DNA of 64,000 nucleotides from Desulfobacterales bacterium (GTDB lineage Bacteria; Desulfobacterota; Desulfobacteria; Desulfobacterales; SURF-7): assembly GCA_046484745.1 (NCBI GenBank), contig JAWOIJ010000053.1, positions 45,468-109,467 of the forward strand. Reading direction: 5' to 3'. Shown here piece after piece: positions 37,816 through 47,425 of this stretch. The first letter of the stretch is position 1. Each line of letters opens with the position of its first letter. The position numbers and the translations under genes are program-made. The notes under the pieces were generated by a model. That model made no database searches. It had not been told where the DNA came from and saw only the letters and a program-made list of their open reading frames with translations.

Positions 37816-38619
37816 ATGTCAAACTTCACGGATAAAGTAGTCATCGTAACCGGGGCATCGGAAGGTATTGGACGAGCATTATGCCTCCTGCTTGCAGAAC
37901 GGAAAACAAAAATTGTTATCGCGGCCCGAAACAAAGAGCGATTGAATGAACTGGAGAAGGAGATTGAAGCCGCAGGAAGCATGGCGCTTACCGTTCCAAC
38001 CGATCTTACCGATGAAAGTGCCTGCAAAAATCTGATTGAGAAAGCAGCCGGTGAATTCGGACAGATCGATTTTTTGGTTAACAACGCGGGCAGAACCATG
38101 TGGACGCTGTTTGAAGAGATACAGGACACATCCATTTTTGAACAACTGATGCGGTTAAATTACCTCGGCTGTGTATATTGCACCTACTATGCGCTTCCCT
38201 ACCTGAAGAAGACCAGAGGGCTGATTGTCGGGATATCCAGCGTGGCAGGTCTTACCGGAGTCCCTACCAGAACAGCCTATTCCGCGACGAAGCACGCTTT
38301 ATTTGGATTTTTTGATTCATTGAGAATTGAATTGAAAGATACCGGAGTTGCGGTCACCATGGTTGCGCCTGATTTTGTTCTTTCAGAAATACACAAAAGG
38401 GCGCTTACCGGTTCAGGCGAACCCCTTGGAAAAAGCCCGCTTCAGGAATCCAGAATCATGACAGCCGAAAAATGCGCCTCCCTGATACTTGGCGCTATGG
38501 AAAAACGAGACCGGATTTTAATACCATCGTTACGGGGGAAACTGGGTCGCTGGATGAAGCTCATCGCGCCTTCTGTTGTGGATAAATTGGCGGCAAAGGC
38601 GATGGGAGAGAAGCCCTGA
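37816..38619 (+). CDS. SDR-family oxidoreductase (classical)
   Basis: TGASEGIGRA, NNAG and YSATKHAL (YxxxK). 267 aa. Confidence 0.9.
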   Translation: MSNFTDKVVIVTGASEGIGRALCLLLAERKTKIVIAARNKERLNELEKEIEAAGSMALTVPTDLTDESACKNLIEKAAGEFGQIDFLVNNAGRTMWTLFEEIQDTSIFEQLMRLNYLGCVYCTYYALPYLKKTRGLIVGISSVAGLTGVPTRTAYSATKHALFGFFDSLRIELKDTGVAVTMVAPDFVLSEIHKRALTGSGEPLGKSPLQESRIMTAEKCASLILGAMEKRDRILIPSLRGKLGRWMKLIAPSVVDKLAAKAMGEKP

Positions 38620-38784
38620 AGCGTTGAATACAAGGATCGGTTTTCCTCCATTTGATATCCCGCAGCGAACATGATACGTTCATATCCGTTATCAACGCAA
38701 AACAGACATTATTCCGTTAAAATTCGATGAAGGTGTTTTTCGCCGGTACGCTTTCAGCCGAAAACGAATGGATCAGCAGGAGAT

Positions 38785-39207
38785 ATGGAACACGCTGTCA
38801 ACGGAGGGGGCATGGAAAAAATGCAGTTGCGGCCGCATCATCTTTTTTGTGAGCGGTTCCTGAAGGTTGAACTTCCGGATCGTGGAGTCGAGTTCGGGCG
38901 GGTCCAGCAGAAAATTATCGATGTCATCGAATCCAATGATGATACTCTGGTGGAAATAATCGAAGGTGTTGATGAACTCTGCAGGGTTTGTCCGGATTTT
39001 CGGGATGACCGTTGTGAGAACGCATTCGGAGATGAAGATGCGGTCAGGAAATGGGATGGAATCATTATCAAGGGGATCGGCGTATCTTACGGAGAGATCA
39101 GGACTTCAGGCGAGTGGGGAAGGCTGATCGAAAAAAAAGCACCGCTGGACTTTTGCCGGAACCGGTGCCACTGGAACTCAATCTGTACCGTCTTCCAGTC
39201 GGGGTGA
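38785..39207 (+). CDS. DUF1284-domain protein
   Basis: LRPHHLFCERF near the N-terminus and CRVCPDFRDDRCEN are as I recall for DUF1284. Start options are 38785, 38812 and 38821. Confidence 0.65.
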   Translation: MEHAVNGGGMEKMQLRPHHLFCERFLKVELPDRGVEFGRVQQKIIDVIESNDDTLVEIIEGVDELCRVCPDFRDDRCENAFGDEDAVRKWDGIIIKGIGVSYGEIRTSGEWGRLIEKKAPLDFCRNRCHWNSICTVFQSG

Positions 39208-39228
39208 ATATCACTTTAACAACGCATC

Positions 39229-39534
39229 ATGAAATCGGTATATAAAAGTTCAATCATAAAAGCAGATCCCAAGTCTATCATGGATCGTTTCGGGCTTGTC
39301 CTGAAAAGTATGTTCAATTTCGGTCTGTTGAAACAAGAACAGATAAAGGATAATGAGATGATCCTTTTGGTCGAAGATTTTGATCCGGATTTTGAACTGT
39401 TTTATGATATCATTATCGGATGGCTGGAAAAATACATCGAATTATGCATGGGAAAACCGGTTCAGGCAACGTTCACTGAAAAATCATGGGAAGGAAATCC
39501 AGTGACCAGAATCAAGGTAACCTGGCCCGCCTGA
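39229..39534 (+). CDS. hypothetical protein
   Basis: 101-aa ORF tightly following the DUF1284 gene. No family recognised. Confidence 0.4.
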   Translation: MKSVYKSSIIKADPKSIMDRFGLVLKSMFNFGLLKQEQIKDNEMILLVEDFDPDFELFYDIIIGWLEKYIELCMGKPVQATFTEKSWEGNPVTRIKVTWPA

Positions 39535-39540
39535 ACGGCT

Positions 39541-40500
39541 TTACGGCTGCCGCCGGACAGATTTGAAAAAATCCCATATGATTTCGGCAGCATCGAAATT
39601 TTTGAGCGGGTCATTCCTGTTGAGTGTTGACGTATAATACTTCCCGGGCCAGTCATGCCCCCAGTTTTCGATAGCATAAAGAAGAACCGGGGATGATGTC
39701 TGACAATCCTTCCATTGCCAGAAATGAATGCGGTCTTTTAGAAGGTTTTTTTTCTCCGGCCGGGGAGTACAGCCATTGTTTCTGATCCAGAACTGAATCG
39801 ACTCTACCACGGATAGATAAACACGCGGCCCGCCCCGGTTCGGGCTTATTCCGCCGCCATAAGGAACTTCCCGGTCCGACAATCCATGAAATATGATCAT
39901 TGGAAGTGCCCTGACCGGATCGGGCGGCCGCCATTCCGGCACATCTTCGGATGCCTTTCCCCCGATGGAACCCGCAAGGGGAGCGGCTGCCGCCAGGAGA
40001 TCTCCTCGTTCCGCGGCAAATCGATAGGTAAACATTCCGCCGTTTGAAAAGCCTGCCATATAAACACGGTCGCGATCGATATTTAACCGGGTACAGGTTT
40101 CTTCAATGGCGGCAGCAACAAATCCGATGTCGTCGATGCCGTCGTCAGCCGCTTTTCCACAGCAGTGACCGGCATTCCAGTGCTGCAGAAAACCGAAAAG
40201 CCCGATACCGTTCGGATACATGACAACGAACCCTTCCCGATCCGCTACATCGCTGAAACCGGAAAATTTTTCCATTCCCTTTGCCGTATCAAAAGCGCCA
40301 TGAACAACAACCACCAGCGGCAAGGTGTTTTTCATGTCATAAGAAGGTGGAACATGAACCAGATAGGATCGTCGGAATCCTTCCGTCCAGTAATCCATGG
40401 TTCGCTCATATGTTTTTGATTCGGGAGGGATGTGCCCCTGCGGCAGCGTGGCCATGCATCCGGTTATCATGAAGATAATGATCAGGGAGATTGTTCTCAT
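39541..40500 (-). CDS. PHB-depolymerase-family esterase (LpqC/COG3509-like alpha/beta hydrolase)
   Basis: Lipoprotein-type signal (ITGC), PLVVVVHG, WNAGHCCG, nucleophile elbow GFSNGG and a late FHGLSD. Confidence 0.8.
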   Translation of the reverse strand: MRTISLIIIFMITGCMATLPQGHIPPESKTYERTMDYWTEGFRRSYLVHVPPSYDMKNTLPLVVVVHGAFDTAKGMEKFSGFSDVADREGFVVMYPNGIGLFGFLQHWNAGHCCGKAADDGIDDIGFVAAAIEETCTRLNIDRDRVYMAGFSNGGMFTYRFAAERGDLLAAAAPLAGSIGGKASEDVPEWRPPDPVRALPMIIFHGLSDREVPYGGGISPNRGGPRVYLSVVESIQFWIRNNGCTPRPEKKNLLKDRIHFWQWKDCQTSSPVLLYAIENWGHDWPGKYYTSTLNRNDPLKNFDAAEIIWDFFKSVRRQP

Positions 40501-40896
40501 CGGAAACTCCTCGGCCTTTTGATTTTACTTTTTTCAGAATACCAACCTGATCGCCGGTTTTGGAAAAACGAAATCCAGACACGCTTTCTCAAAACTTTGA
40601 ACCGATTGCAGATTCATTCTGATCAACGCTTGCGGGAAAGGGGGCATGCTCAACCAGGAATCCGGCTTGTGAACGGTGTGAAAATATATAACATAGATGA
40701 TGATTCGGATAAATGGTTTTCCGGAAAGGAACCTGAAACAACGAAATAATTTGAAATTGCAGACTTAAAATTGTATTCAGGGAACAGGCAGGTAATATAT
40801 CGCGCATGATCAGCAGGGTATGGTTACTCATAAAACACCTGCCGAAAAATGACGGTTGTTTTTTTAATCAGGTGCCACTGACACACGGAGATTGCA

Positions 40897-41670
40897 ATGG
40901 AATATCGCTATCTGACGATTACACGTGAAAAGCATATTGCCACGGTTATGTTGAATCGTCCGGAAAAGTTGAATACGTTGAATGTTGACATGATGAATGA
41001 AATCATTCAAGTCGCCGATGAACTTCAACAGGATGAGCAGACCCGTGTTGTTATTTTCACGGGCGCAGGCAGGCATTTCAGTGGTGGCGTTGATTTGACC
41101 GACATCAGGCAGATAAAAGTGATGACCGAGGGTTCGCTGCTGATGAAAAGTCGTTATCTCAAGATCGGTCCGAAACTGATTCGCGCGGTTTACGAGATCA
41201 GTCAGATCACCATTGCCGCGTTGAACGGTGCGGCTCTCGGCGGCGGCGCATGTATTGCCGCTGCCTGTGATTTTCGAATCGGCGCTGAAGATTGCCGTGT
41301 TGGTTATCCTGAAGTAAACCTCGGAATGAATTTAAGCTGGGGAGCACTGCCCATGTGTGTAAACCTTATCGGACCATCCAGGGCCAAACGCATGGTCATT
41401 CTCGCCCAGCAGGAAAACGCCCGGACTCTTTTGGATTGGGGGTTTCTGGATGAGGTCGTGCCGGGCGACCAGTTGCTTTTCCGGGCAGTCGAAATGGCTG
41501 AAACCTACGCGGCCCAGCCACCTGTCGCGGCCCAGATGGTAAAACAAAGCGTAAATGCCCTCTCTTCATCACTGCAGCAGGCAATCATGCACATGGATAC
41601 GGATCAGTATCTGCTTGCCGCTCACAGTGAGGACTTTGCGGAAAGGATTCAGGCTTTTTTTAAAAAATAA
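40897..41670 (+). CDS. enoyl-CoA hydratase/isomerase (crotonase) family protein
   Basis: LNRPEKLNTL, FTGAGRHFSGGVDL, IAALNGAALGGGACIAAACDFRI. 257 aa. Confidence 0.9.
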   Translation: MEYRYLTITREKHIATVMLNRPEKLNTLNVDMMNEIIQVADELQQDEQTRVVIFTGAGRHFSGGVDLTDIRQIKVMTEGSLLMKSRYLKIGPKLIRAVYEISQITIAALNGAALGGGACIAAACDFRIGAEDCRVGYPEVNLGMNLSWGALPMCVNLIGPSRAKRMVILAQQENARTLLDWGFLDEVVPGDQLLFRAVEMAETYAAQPPVAAQMVKQSVNALSSSLQQAIMHMDTDQYLLAAHSEDFAERIQAFFKK

Positions 41671-41746
41671 GAGTCTTGCCGCGGTAAGAAGTGCAAGGCT
41701 CGCCGGACTGAACTGAAAAGAAATCGCGATAAAGGGAGAATTGATT

Positions 41747-42364
41747 ATGAAGGTTCTTTTTTCACTGGGAGTTGCCGATATCCGGGAAACGCTGACCGGA
41801 ATCAAGTCAATTATCAGGGTGCTGGGGTTGGTTGAAGGCGTGAAGACGATAAACCATGCTTCCATCAAACATTTTGCGGCAATCATGAAGGGAGAGGGGA
41901 GTCAATATCCTGAAAAAGGAAAAAGGCGTGTCTGGTTTAAGCTGCACTATCTGAAACATGTGTATGAATATTTAAAAAAGAGAGATGACGCAACAGCCGA
42001 CCAGAAGGTGGAAAAAATCATCAAGGCATCGACCTTGCAGTTCATCGGCCAGATGATCCCGGCATCGTATCTTTTCACAAAAGAATTTATGTTGAATGCT
42101 GTATGGCAGAATATGGTGGAGAAGGATTACAATATTGAAGGCAGCGTCATGCCTCCTGAAGGAAATTCCATATCGGTGAACGTACGAAGATGTTTTTATG
42201 ATGAACTGTCCAGAGAGGTGGGTTTGATGCCGATTGCGGACAAGATGTGCAACGGTGATTTTATATTCTGGGAAACCTATCATCCGAATGTCAGATTTTC
42301 ACGAACCAAAACGTTAATCGGCGGTGATGACCATTGCAACCATACGATCACATGGGTTGAATAG
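41747..42364 (+). CDS. ATC-hydrolase-like (L-2-amino-thiazoline-4-carboxylate hydrolase domain) protein
   Basis: The C-terminal CFYDELSREVGLMPIADKMCNGDFIFWETYHPNVRFSRTKTLIGGDDHCNH matches my recollection of PF14196. SD AGGGAGA precedes ATG 41747. Confidence 0.6.
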   Translation: MKVLFSLGVADIRETLTGIKSIIRVLGLVEGVKTINHASIKHFAAIMKGEGSQYPEKGKRRVWFKLHYLKHVYEYLKKRDDATADQKVEKIIKASTLQFIGQMIPASYLFTKEFMLNAVWQNMVEKDYNIEGSVMPPEGNSISVNVRRCFYDELSREVGLMPIADKMCNGDFIFWETYHPNVRFSRTKTLIGGDDHCNHTITWVE

Positions 42365-42399
42365 CCCGGTAACTTTTTGATACGAGGAGAGACGAAAAG

Positions 42400-44781
42400 A
42401 TGCTGTTTTCTGCCGCCAATCAAGGGCCTTTTGTGACACAGCGAATATCTGAACTGAAGAAAACGGTACAGGAATATCGACCGGGAATCTGCACGGAACG
42501 GGCTCTGATCTGGACCAGCTATTTTAAAAAAACTGAAAATCGAAAGAAGCCTGTTTGCATCCAGATTGCGGAAGCTTTTAGGGAGGTCCTTGCAAAGAAG
42601 ACCATTAAAATTTATCCGGGTGAGCTTATTGTCGGCAACTTCACGTCAAAACGAGTCGGTGGCGAGATACAGCCTGAACTTCTTGGAATGCTGGTCATGG
42701 AGGATATCTTTAAATTTCCGCGGAGGAAAACAAATCCCCTTCAGATATCCGGCCGGGAAACATGGCAGCTTCTTAAAATCATTCCTTTCTGGATGTTTCG
42801 TTTTCTTGCTATCCGGGTTCACAAATCTCCTCTTGTGACAATACGAAAAATGCTCAGCCAGTTGAAATCCTATTTTTATGTGATGAATGAAGTCGGCGGC
42901 ATTGCTCACACGGTTCCGGATCATGAAAAACTGATCCGGATTGGAACAGAGGGAATTGTCAAAGAGGTATCGGAGTATCAGAGTCGATGCAGGAAGAACT
43001 CTGAGCAGTGGCATTTTTATGAGGCGGTAAAAATCAGCGCCCATGCCTTTGCCATGTTTTGCGGACGATACCGGCAGACGGCCCTGAAGATGGCGGAAGT
43101 CGAGCAAAACCCGGATGAAAAAGAAAATTTGATGACAATTGCAGATGGTTTCGAAACAGCGCCCGAGAAAGGGGCCTCTACCTTCCGGGAGGCTATTCAG
43201 ACAGCCTACCTGGCCCATATCGCAGTCATGCTGGAAAGCCTGGATAATTCCATTGGAATAGGCAGGATGGATCAATATCTTTTTCCCTATTATGATCAGG
43301 ATGTAAAAAGAGGAGTGCTGAGCCGTGAGCAGGCAAAGGACCTGATTGCTGCCTTTTCAATTAAAATGTGTGAACTGGTTCCCGTGTTTTCAGAAAGAAT
43401 CATCAATTTTCACGGAGGATTTTACAATGCCCAGGTCGTTGCTGTCGGTGGTTTAGACCGGGAAGGTAATGACGCGACAAATGAACTCAGCTATATTTTC
43501 CTCGAGGTGATGAATGAGCTCAGAATGAGGGAACCCAATTATCATGCCCGCCTGCATTTGGGCTCACCCCCGGAATTTATGGACAAGATCATATCCAATC
43601 TCTGCTCGGGATCGAATACACCGGCGCTTTATAATGACGGGGTTATCATCGAAACGATGGTCAAAAACGGTTACAGCCTGGAAGATGCGAGAAACTACAG
43701 CACAGTCGGATGCGTTGAGGCGATTTCACCGGGAAAGAGTTTCGCCTCCACCAATGCGGCAATGGTGAATGTCCCGATTATTCTTGAGCTGGCGCTAAAC
43801 CAGGGAAGGCGGTTTCACTCCATTATCCGTCAAGGGGCAAGTACTCTTCCGGTATCGAAGATGAAAACGATGGATGATGTGAAAAAAGCCTTTGAATCGC
43901 AGCTATGTTTCCAGATCAATAACCTTATCGAGGATCTCCAGGCGCTTGAACGCGCGAATATGAAGTACCATCCGACCCCCTTCACAAGCATGCTTCATGA
44001 CGGATGCATCGCATCGGGCAAATGCACCACCCAGGGCGGAGCCATTTATAATTTTTCAGGCATCCAGGCGGTTTCACCCATTGCGGCAGGAGATGGGCTT
44101 TACGCAATTGAGAAGGCTGTATTCAAGGATCGCAGGATTTCCCTGCCGGATCTGGTTCGTTTATTAAAAAGAAATATTGATGATCCGGAGCGGCTGGCCT
44201 ACTTGAAAGGACTCAAAAAATTCGGCAATGACGAGGAAGAAGTGGACAGGTGGTCTCTTTATGTTGTTGACGCGTTCAGGAAGTCGTTGAGCGGCTATGT
44301 CAATACACGGGGAGGAAAATATATCATGGGGATATACTCTGATACGATTCATGAGTTTTTCGGACGTATTACAGGCGCTCTTCCCTATGGGAGAAAAAAG
44401 GGAGAGAGTTTTTCTTCCGGTATCGCCCCGGGAAACGGATTTGACATTAATGGCCCAACCGCACTTTTCAATTCAGTCAATCGGTTTGATTTTACAGCCA
44501 TCGCAAACGGAATAAACTTTAATTTCAAGCTCAGCCCTCATACGGTAAGCAGTGAAACAGGACGGGCAGCCCTGTCCGGTTTGCTCAAGACCTATTTTAA
44601 AAGAGGGGGGATGCAGGTACAGACCAATGTACTGGATCCCGAAGAGCTGATCCGGGCGCGAAATCATCCTGAACAGTATCCGAATCTGCTTGTCAGGGTT
44701 TCCGGATACTCGGTCTATTTTAATGATCTGACCCCGGTGATGAAGGAAGAAATTATACGAAGAAGCACGCTGTCCGTATAG
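42400..44781 (+). CDS. glycyl-radical enzyme, PFL2/eliminase-type (GRE-1)
   Basis: 793 aa. Cys loop STVGCVE (Cys438 codon 43711..43713, Glu440). C-terminal glycyl radical motif LLVRVSGYSVYFNDL (Gly769 codon 44704..44706). Confidence 0.92.
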   Translation: MLFSAANQGPFVTQRISELKKTVQEYRPGICTERALIWTSYFKKTENRKKPVCIQIAEAFREVLAKKTIKIYPGELIVGNFTSKRVGGEIQPELLGMLVMEDIFKFPRRKTNPLQISGRETWQLLKIIPFWMFRFLAIRVHKSPLVTIRKMLSQLKSYFYVMNEVGGIAHTVPDHEKLIRIGTEGIVKEVSEYQSRCRKNSEQWHFYEAVKISAHAFAMFCGRYRQTALKMAEVEQNPDEKENLMTIADGFETAPEKGASTFREAIQTAYLAHIAVMLESLDNSIGIGRMDQYLFPYYDQDVKRGVLSREQAKDLIAAFSIKMCELVPVFSERIINFHGGFYNAQVVAVGGLDREGNDATNELSYIFLEVMNELRMREPNYHARLHLGSPPEFMDKIISNLCSGSNTPALYNDGVIIETMVKNGYSLEDARNYSTVGCVEAISPGKSFASTNAAMVNVPIILELALNQGRRFHSIIRQGASTLPVSKMKTMDDVKKAFESQLCFQINNLIEDLQALERANMKYHPTPFTSMLHDGCIASGKCTTQGGAIYNFSGIQAVSPIAAGDGLYAIEKAVFKDRRISLPDLVRLLKRNIDDPERLAYLKGLKKFGNDEEEVDRWSLYVVDAFRKSLSGYVNTRGGKYIMGIYSDTIHEFFGRITGALPYGRKKGESFSSGIAPGNGFDINGPTALFNSVNRFDFTAIANGINFNFKLSPHTVSSETGRAALSGLLKTYFKRGGMQVQTNVLDPEELIRARNHPEQYPNLLVRVSGYSVYFNDLTPVMKEEIIRRSTLSV

Positions 44782-44864
44782 AGGAAAGACCTCCTTAACA
44801 CTTTGAGTTAATTGATATTTAAGGATTGAATGAGATGAAAAGGCCATTCAGGATCGAAAAAAGC

Positions 44865-44893
44865 TTGACTCGCTATATATACTTTATATATAT
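44865..44893 (+). promoter_or_regulatory. sigma70-like promoter embedded in a (TA)n-rich tract upstream of the PadR gene
   Basis: TTGACT, 17 nt, ATATAT, inside ctatatatactttatatatatatattgtatatataaa. Confidence 0.45.
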
Positions 44894-44954
44894 ATATTGT
44901 ATATATAAATTCCATCCGGCTGGATGAACTAAAATCTATCAAATACAGGATGAT

Positions 44955-45497
44955 ATGGCGATAAAATATTCAATATTGGGGTTGCTGCACTATACGGACA
45001 TGCACGGGTATCGAATCAAAGAGCATATTGAGCGCAATTTCGGCCATATGTGGTCGATCAACTTCGGCCAGATATACCCGAATCTGAAAAAAATGAAGGC
45101 GGAAGGCTTGATTTCAATGACGGAAGTCATTCAAAACGGTGAAAAGGGACCGCCTCGAAAACGATATTCCATAACCCAAAAAGGAAGAGCGGAATTTATC
45201 AAATGGCTTGAGAGTTCACCTGAAAAAACGATGATTCTCAGGGATCCCTTTCTGATGCGTTTTGTTTTTTATGGATTCGGGGATTACCGGAGGTCGCTTG
45301 AAATGATCGAGAAACAGATTTCTGTCTATGAGAATCAGCTGGCAAGAAGGAGAGAAAACCTAAAAAAATGGCGTAAAAGAGGCATCTATGTCGAACTGAT
45401 ATCTGAGCTTGGAACCGATATGAATGAAATGATTCTGGAGTGGTTGAAACAGGCTAAAACAAAAATAATAGATCATTATAAAGAGGAAGTGAAATGA
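44955..45497 (+). CDS. PadR-family transcriptional regulator
   Basis: ILGLLHYTDMHGYRIKEHIERNFGHMWSINFGQIYPNLKKMKAEGLI wHTH plus a C-terminal helical domain. 180 aa. Confidence 0.88.
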   Translation: MAIKYSILGLLHYTDMHGYRIKEHIERNFGHMWSINFGQIYPNLKKMKAEGLISMTEVIQNGEKGPPRKRYSITQKGRAEFIKWLESSPEKTMILRDPFLMRFVFYGFGDYRRSLEMIEKQISVYENQLARRRENLKKWRKRGIYVELISELGTDMNEMILEWLKQAKTKIIDHYKEEVK

Positions 45498-46480
45498 ACT
45501 TCACTGGGATTTCCCTTGTAACCGGCGCCGGCGGTTTTATGGGCAGCCATGTTGTTGAACATCTCGCGGGAAAAGGCATCAAGGTAAGAGCGACGTCAAG
45601 GCCCAGAAAGGACCTGTCCTTTTTTGACAGACTTGGCGTAGAGTATGTTGCTGCGGATCTTACACGGCCGGAAACCCTTTCGCGACTTTTTGAAGGTGAC
45701 GTGGATCGCGTTTTTCATCTTGGCGCGATCTGTAATTTTTCCACCCCTTTTGAAAAACTCTATCCCACCAATGTCAAGGGGGTGGATAGCCTGACCGATC
45801 TTGCTCTTCAGCATGGTGTAAAAAGATTTATTCATGTCACCTCAACCAGTGTATATGGATATTATAAAGGAACACCTTTCAGGGAAACCGACAAGCCGGA
45901 TCCCATGGATGACTACGCGCGAAGTAAAAAGGAAGGCGAGGAGGTTGTTTTTAAAAAGCTCGCACAGGGGCTTCCGGCGGTTATTGTCCGTCCTCCTACT
46001 GTCTATGGCCCAAGATGTAATGACGGCGCGGGAAAAGTATTTTCAAGACCTTCGAAAATCAGCGCCTTTCCCGGAAGTGGAAAACAGCTTCTCGCAAATG
46101 TCAGAGCCGAAGATGTCGCCGCCGCACTGGAACATCTTTCCTGCCTGGATGATGCGGTGGGAGAGATTTATAATATCGCAGACGATACCAATCCGACACT
46201 TGAGGAAGCCTTGACACTTTCCGCGAAGACTTATACCACAACAGCCCCGAAACTGCACCTGCCGCTTTCCATTGTAAAATTTTCAACGATTCTGGATGGA
46301 TTTTTTTCCCGGCTGAGAGGTAAAATACCGGAGTTGGAATATGATGCGGTAAAGTATCTGTACTTTGATTATGTGGTTGATAATACGAAACTGAAAAATA
46401 CCGGTTTCGCCCTGCGATATCCGGATTTCAGGGAATCCATGGCGCAGCTGGGGAGGCGGTTCCAGCAAAGCCATGCGTAA
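45494..46480 (+). CDS. NAD-dependent epimerase/dehydratase (extended SDR) family protein
   Basis: VTGAGGFMGSHVVEHL, YARSKKEGE (YxxxK). ATGA overlap with padR. Confidence 0.85.
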   Translation: MNFTGISLVTGAGGFMGSHVVEHLAGKGIKVRATSRPRKDLSFFDRLGVEYVAADLTRPETLSRLFEGDVDRVFHLGAICNFSTPFEKLYPTNVKGVDSLTDLALQHGVKRFIHVTSTSVYGYYKGTPFRETDKPDPMDDYARSKKEGEEVVFKKLAQGLPAVIVRPPTVYGPRCNDGAGKVFSRPSKISAFPGSGKQLLANVRAEDVAAALEHLSCLDDAVGEIYNIADDTNPTLEEALTLSAKTYTTTAPKLHLPLSIVKFSTILDGFFSRLRGKIPELEYDAVKYLYFDYVVDNTKLKNTGFALRYPDFRESMAQLGRRFQQSHA

Positions 46481-46540
46481 AAGGTTCGTCATCGTGAAAC
46501 AGGAAGTCGTTACAGAAATGCATCGCGAACAGGAGGTCAT

Positions 46541-47371
46541 ATGAGTCAGATTGTTGTAATTACCGGCCTGGCCCAGGGAATGGGAAAAGAAATTGCCGAA
46601 ATGCTGGCGCGTTCCGGAGATAAAATTGCAGGTTTTGACGTTGATCCGGATGGGATCGCCAGCCTGAAGAAAACGCTTGATGGGATTGGCTGTGATAATC
46701 ACCTGGATGTCATTGATATTACCGACAGAGAAAAAATTCTGAAATTCCGCGACCAGGTACTCGAAAAATTCGGGAAGGTGGATACGGTGGTATCCAATGT
46801 CGGGATCGGCTTTTTCGGTCCTTTCGAAGAGATCGATCTGGAGAAAGCCTTGAAGTGTTTTGAAATCAACGTAATCGGAGCGTCCGCAATATTTCAGGCA
46901 TTTATTCCTTCCATGCGGAAGGCAGGCCGCGGTAAACTGATTGCCATGTCTTCGCTGGTAGGCCGGATACCCTTTCCCTTTGAATCCATTTATACGGCTA
47001 CCAAGTTTGCCATAGAAGGACTTGTCGAATCAATCAAGTATGAAGTAGAGCCTTTTGGAATCCGTACGGCTCTGATAGAGCCGGCACAGGTTTCTACCGA
47101 CTTTGCTGCAAAAATTCATGTGCTTCCTCCCGAAGGATCTCCATACCGCGAACGCGCAAAACGGTTTATCGACCGTGACAATGAACTGATCAAAACGGCA
47201 ACCACTCCTGTTGCTGCCGCAAAAAGAATCGTAAAAGTGATTCGGTCCGAAAAACCGAAACTTCATAACCAGGTTGATTTCATGAGTACTTTTTTTCTGT
47301 TTTTGAACTGGATATTGCCGAAAAAGATCAGGGATGTCATCCTGGTCAATCATATGGATATCAAGGTTTGA
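46541..47371 (+). CDS. SDR-family oxidoreductase
   Basis: ITGLAQGMGKEIA, SNVGIG, YTATKFAIEG (YxxxK). 276 aa. Confidence 0.85.
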   Translation: MSQIVVITGLAQGMGKEIAEMLARSGDKIAGFDVDPDGIASLKKTLDGIGCDNHLDVIDITDREKILKFRDQVLEKFGKVDTVVSNVGIGFFGPFEEIDLEKALKCFEINVIGASAIFQAFIPSMRKAGRGKLIAMSSLVGRIPFPFESIYTATKFAIEGLVESIKYEVEPFGIRTALIEPAQVSTDFAAKIHVLPPEGSPYRERAKRFIDRDNELIKTATTPVAAAKRIVKVIRSEKPKLHNQVDFMSTFFLFLNWILPKKIRDVILVNHMDIKV

Positions 47372-47425
47372 AATGATTTTGTTATGGGTCTGTCAGAAAA
47401 ATAATTTTAAACGCAAGGAGCCGTT

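Noticed and set aside
44874-44912. (TA)n-rich tract considered as a microsatellite or mobile-element end
   Set aside because: It is short and imperfect and sits exactly where the padR promoter -10 region and operator are expected. There are no flanking direct repeats.
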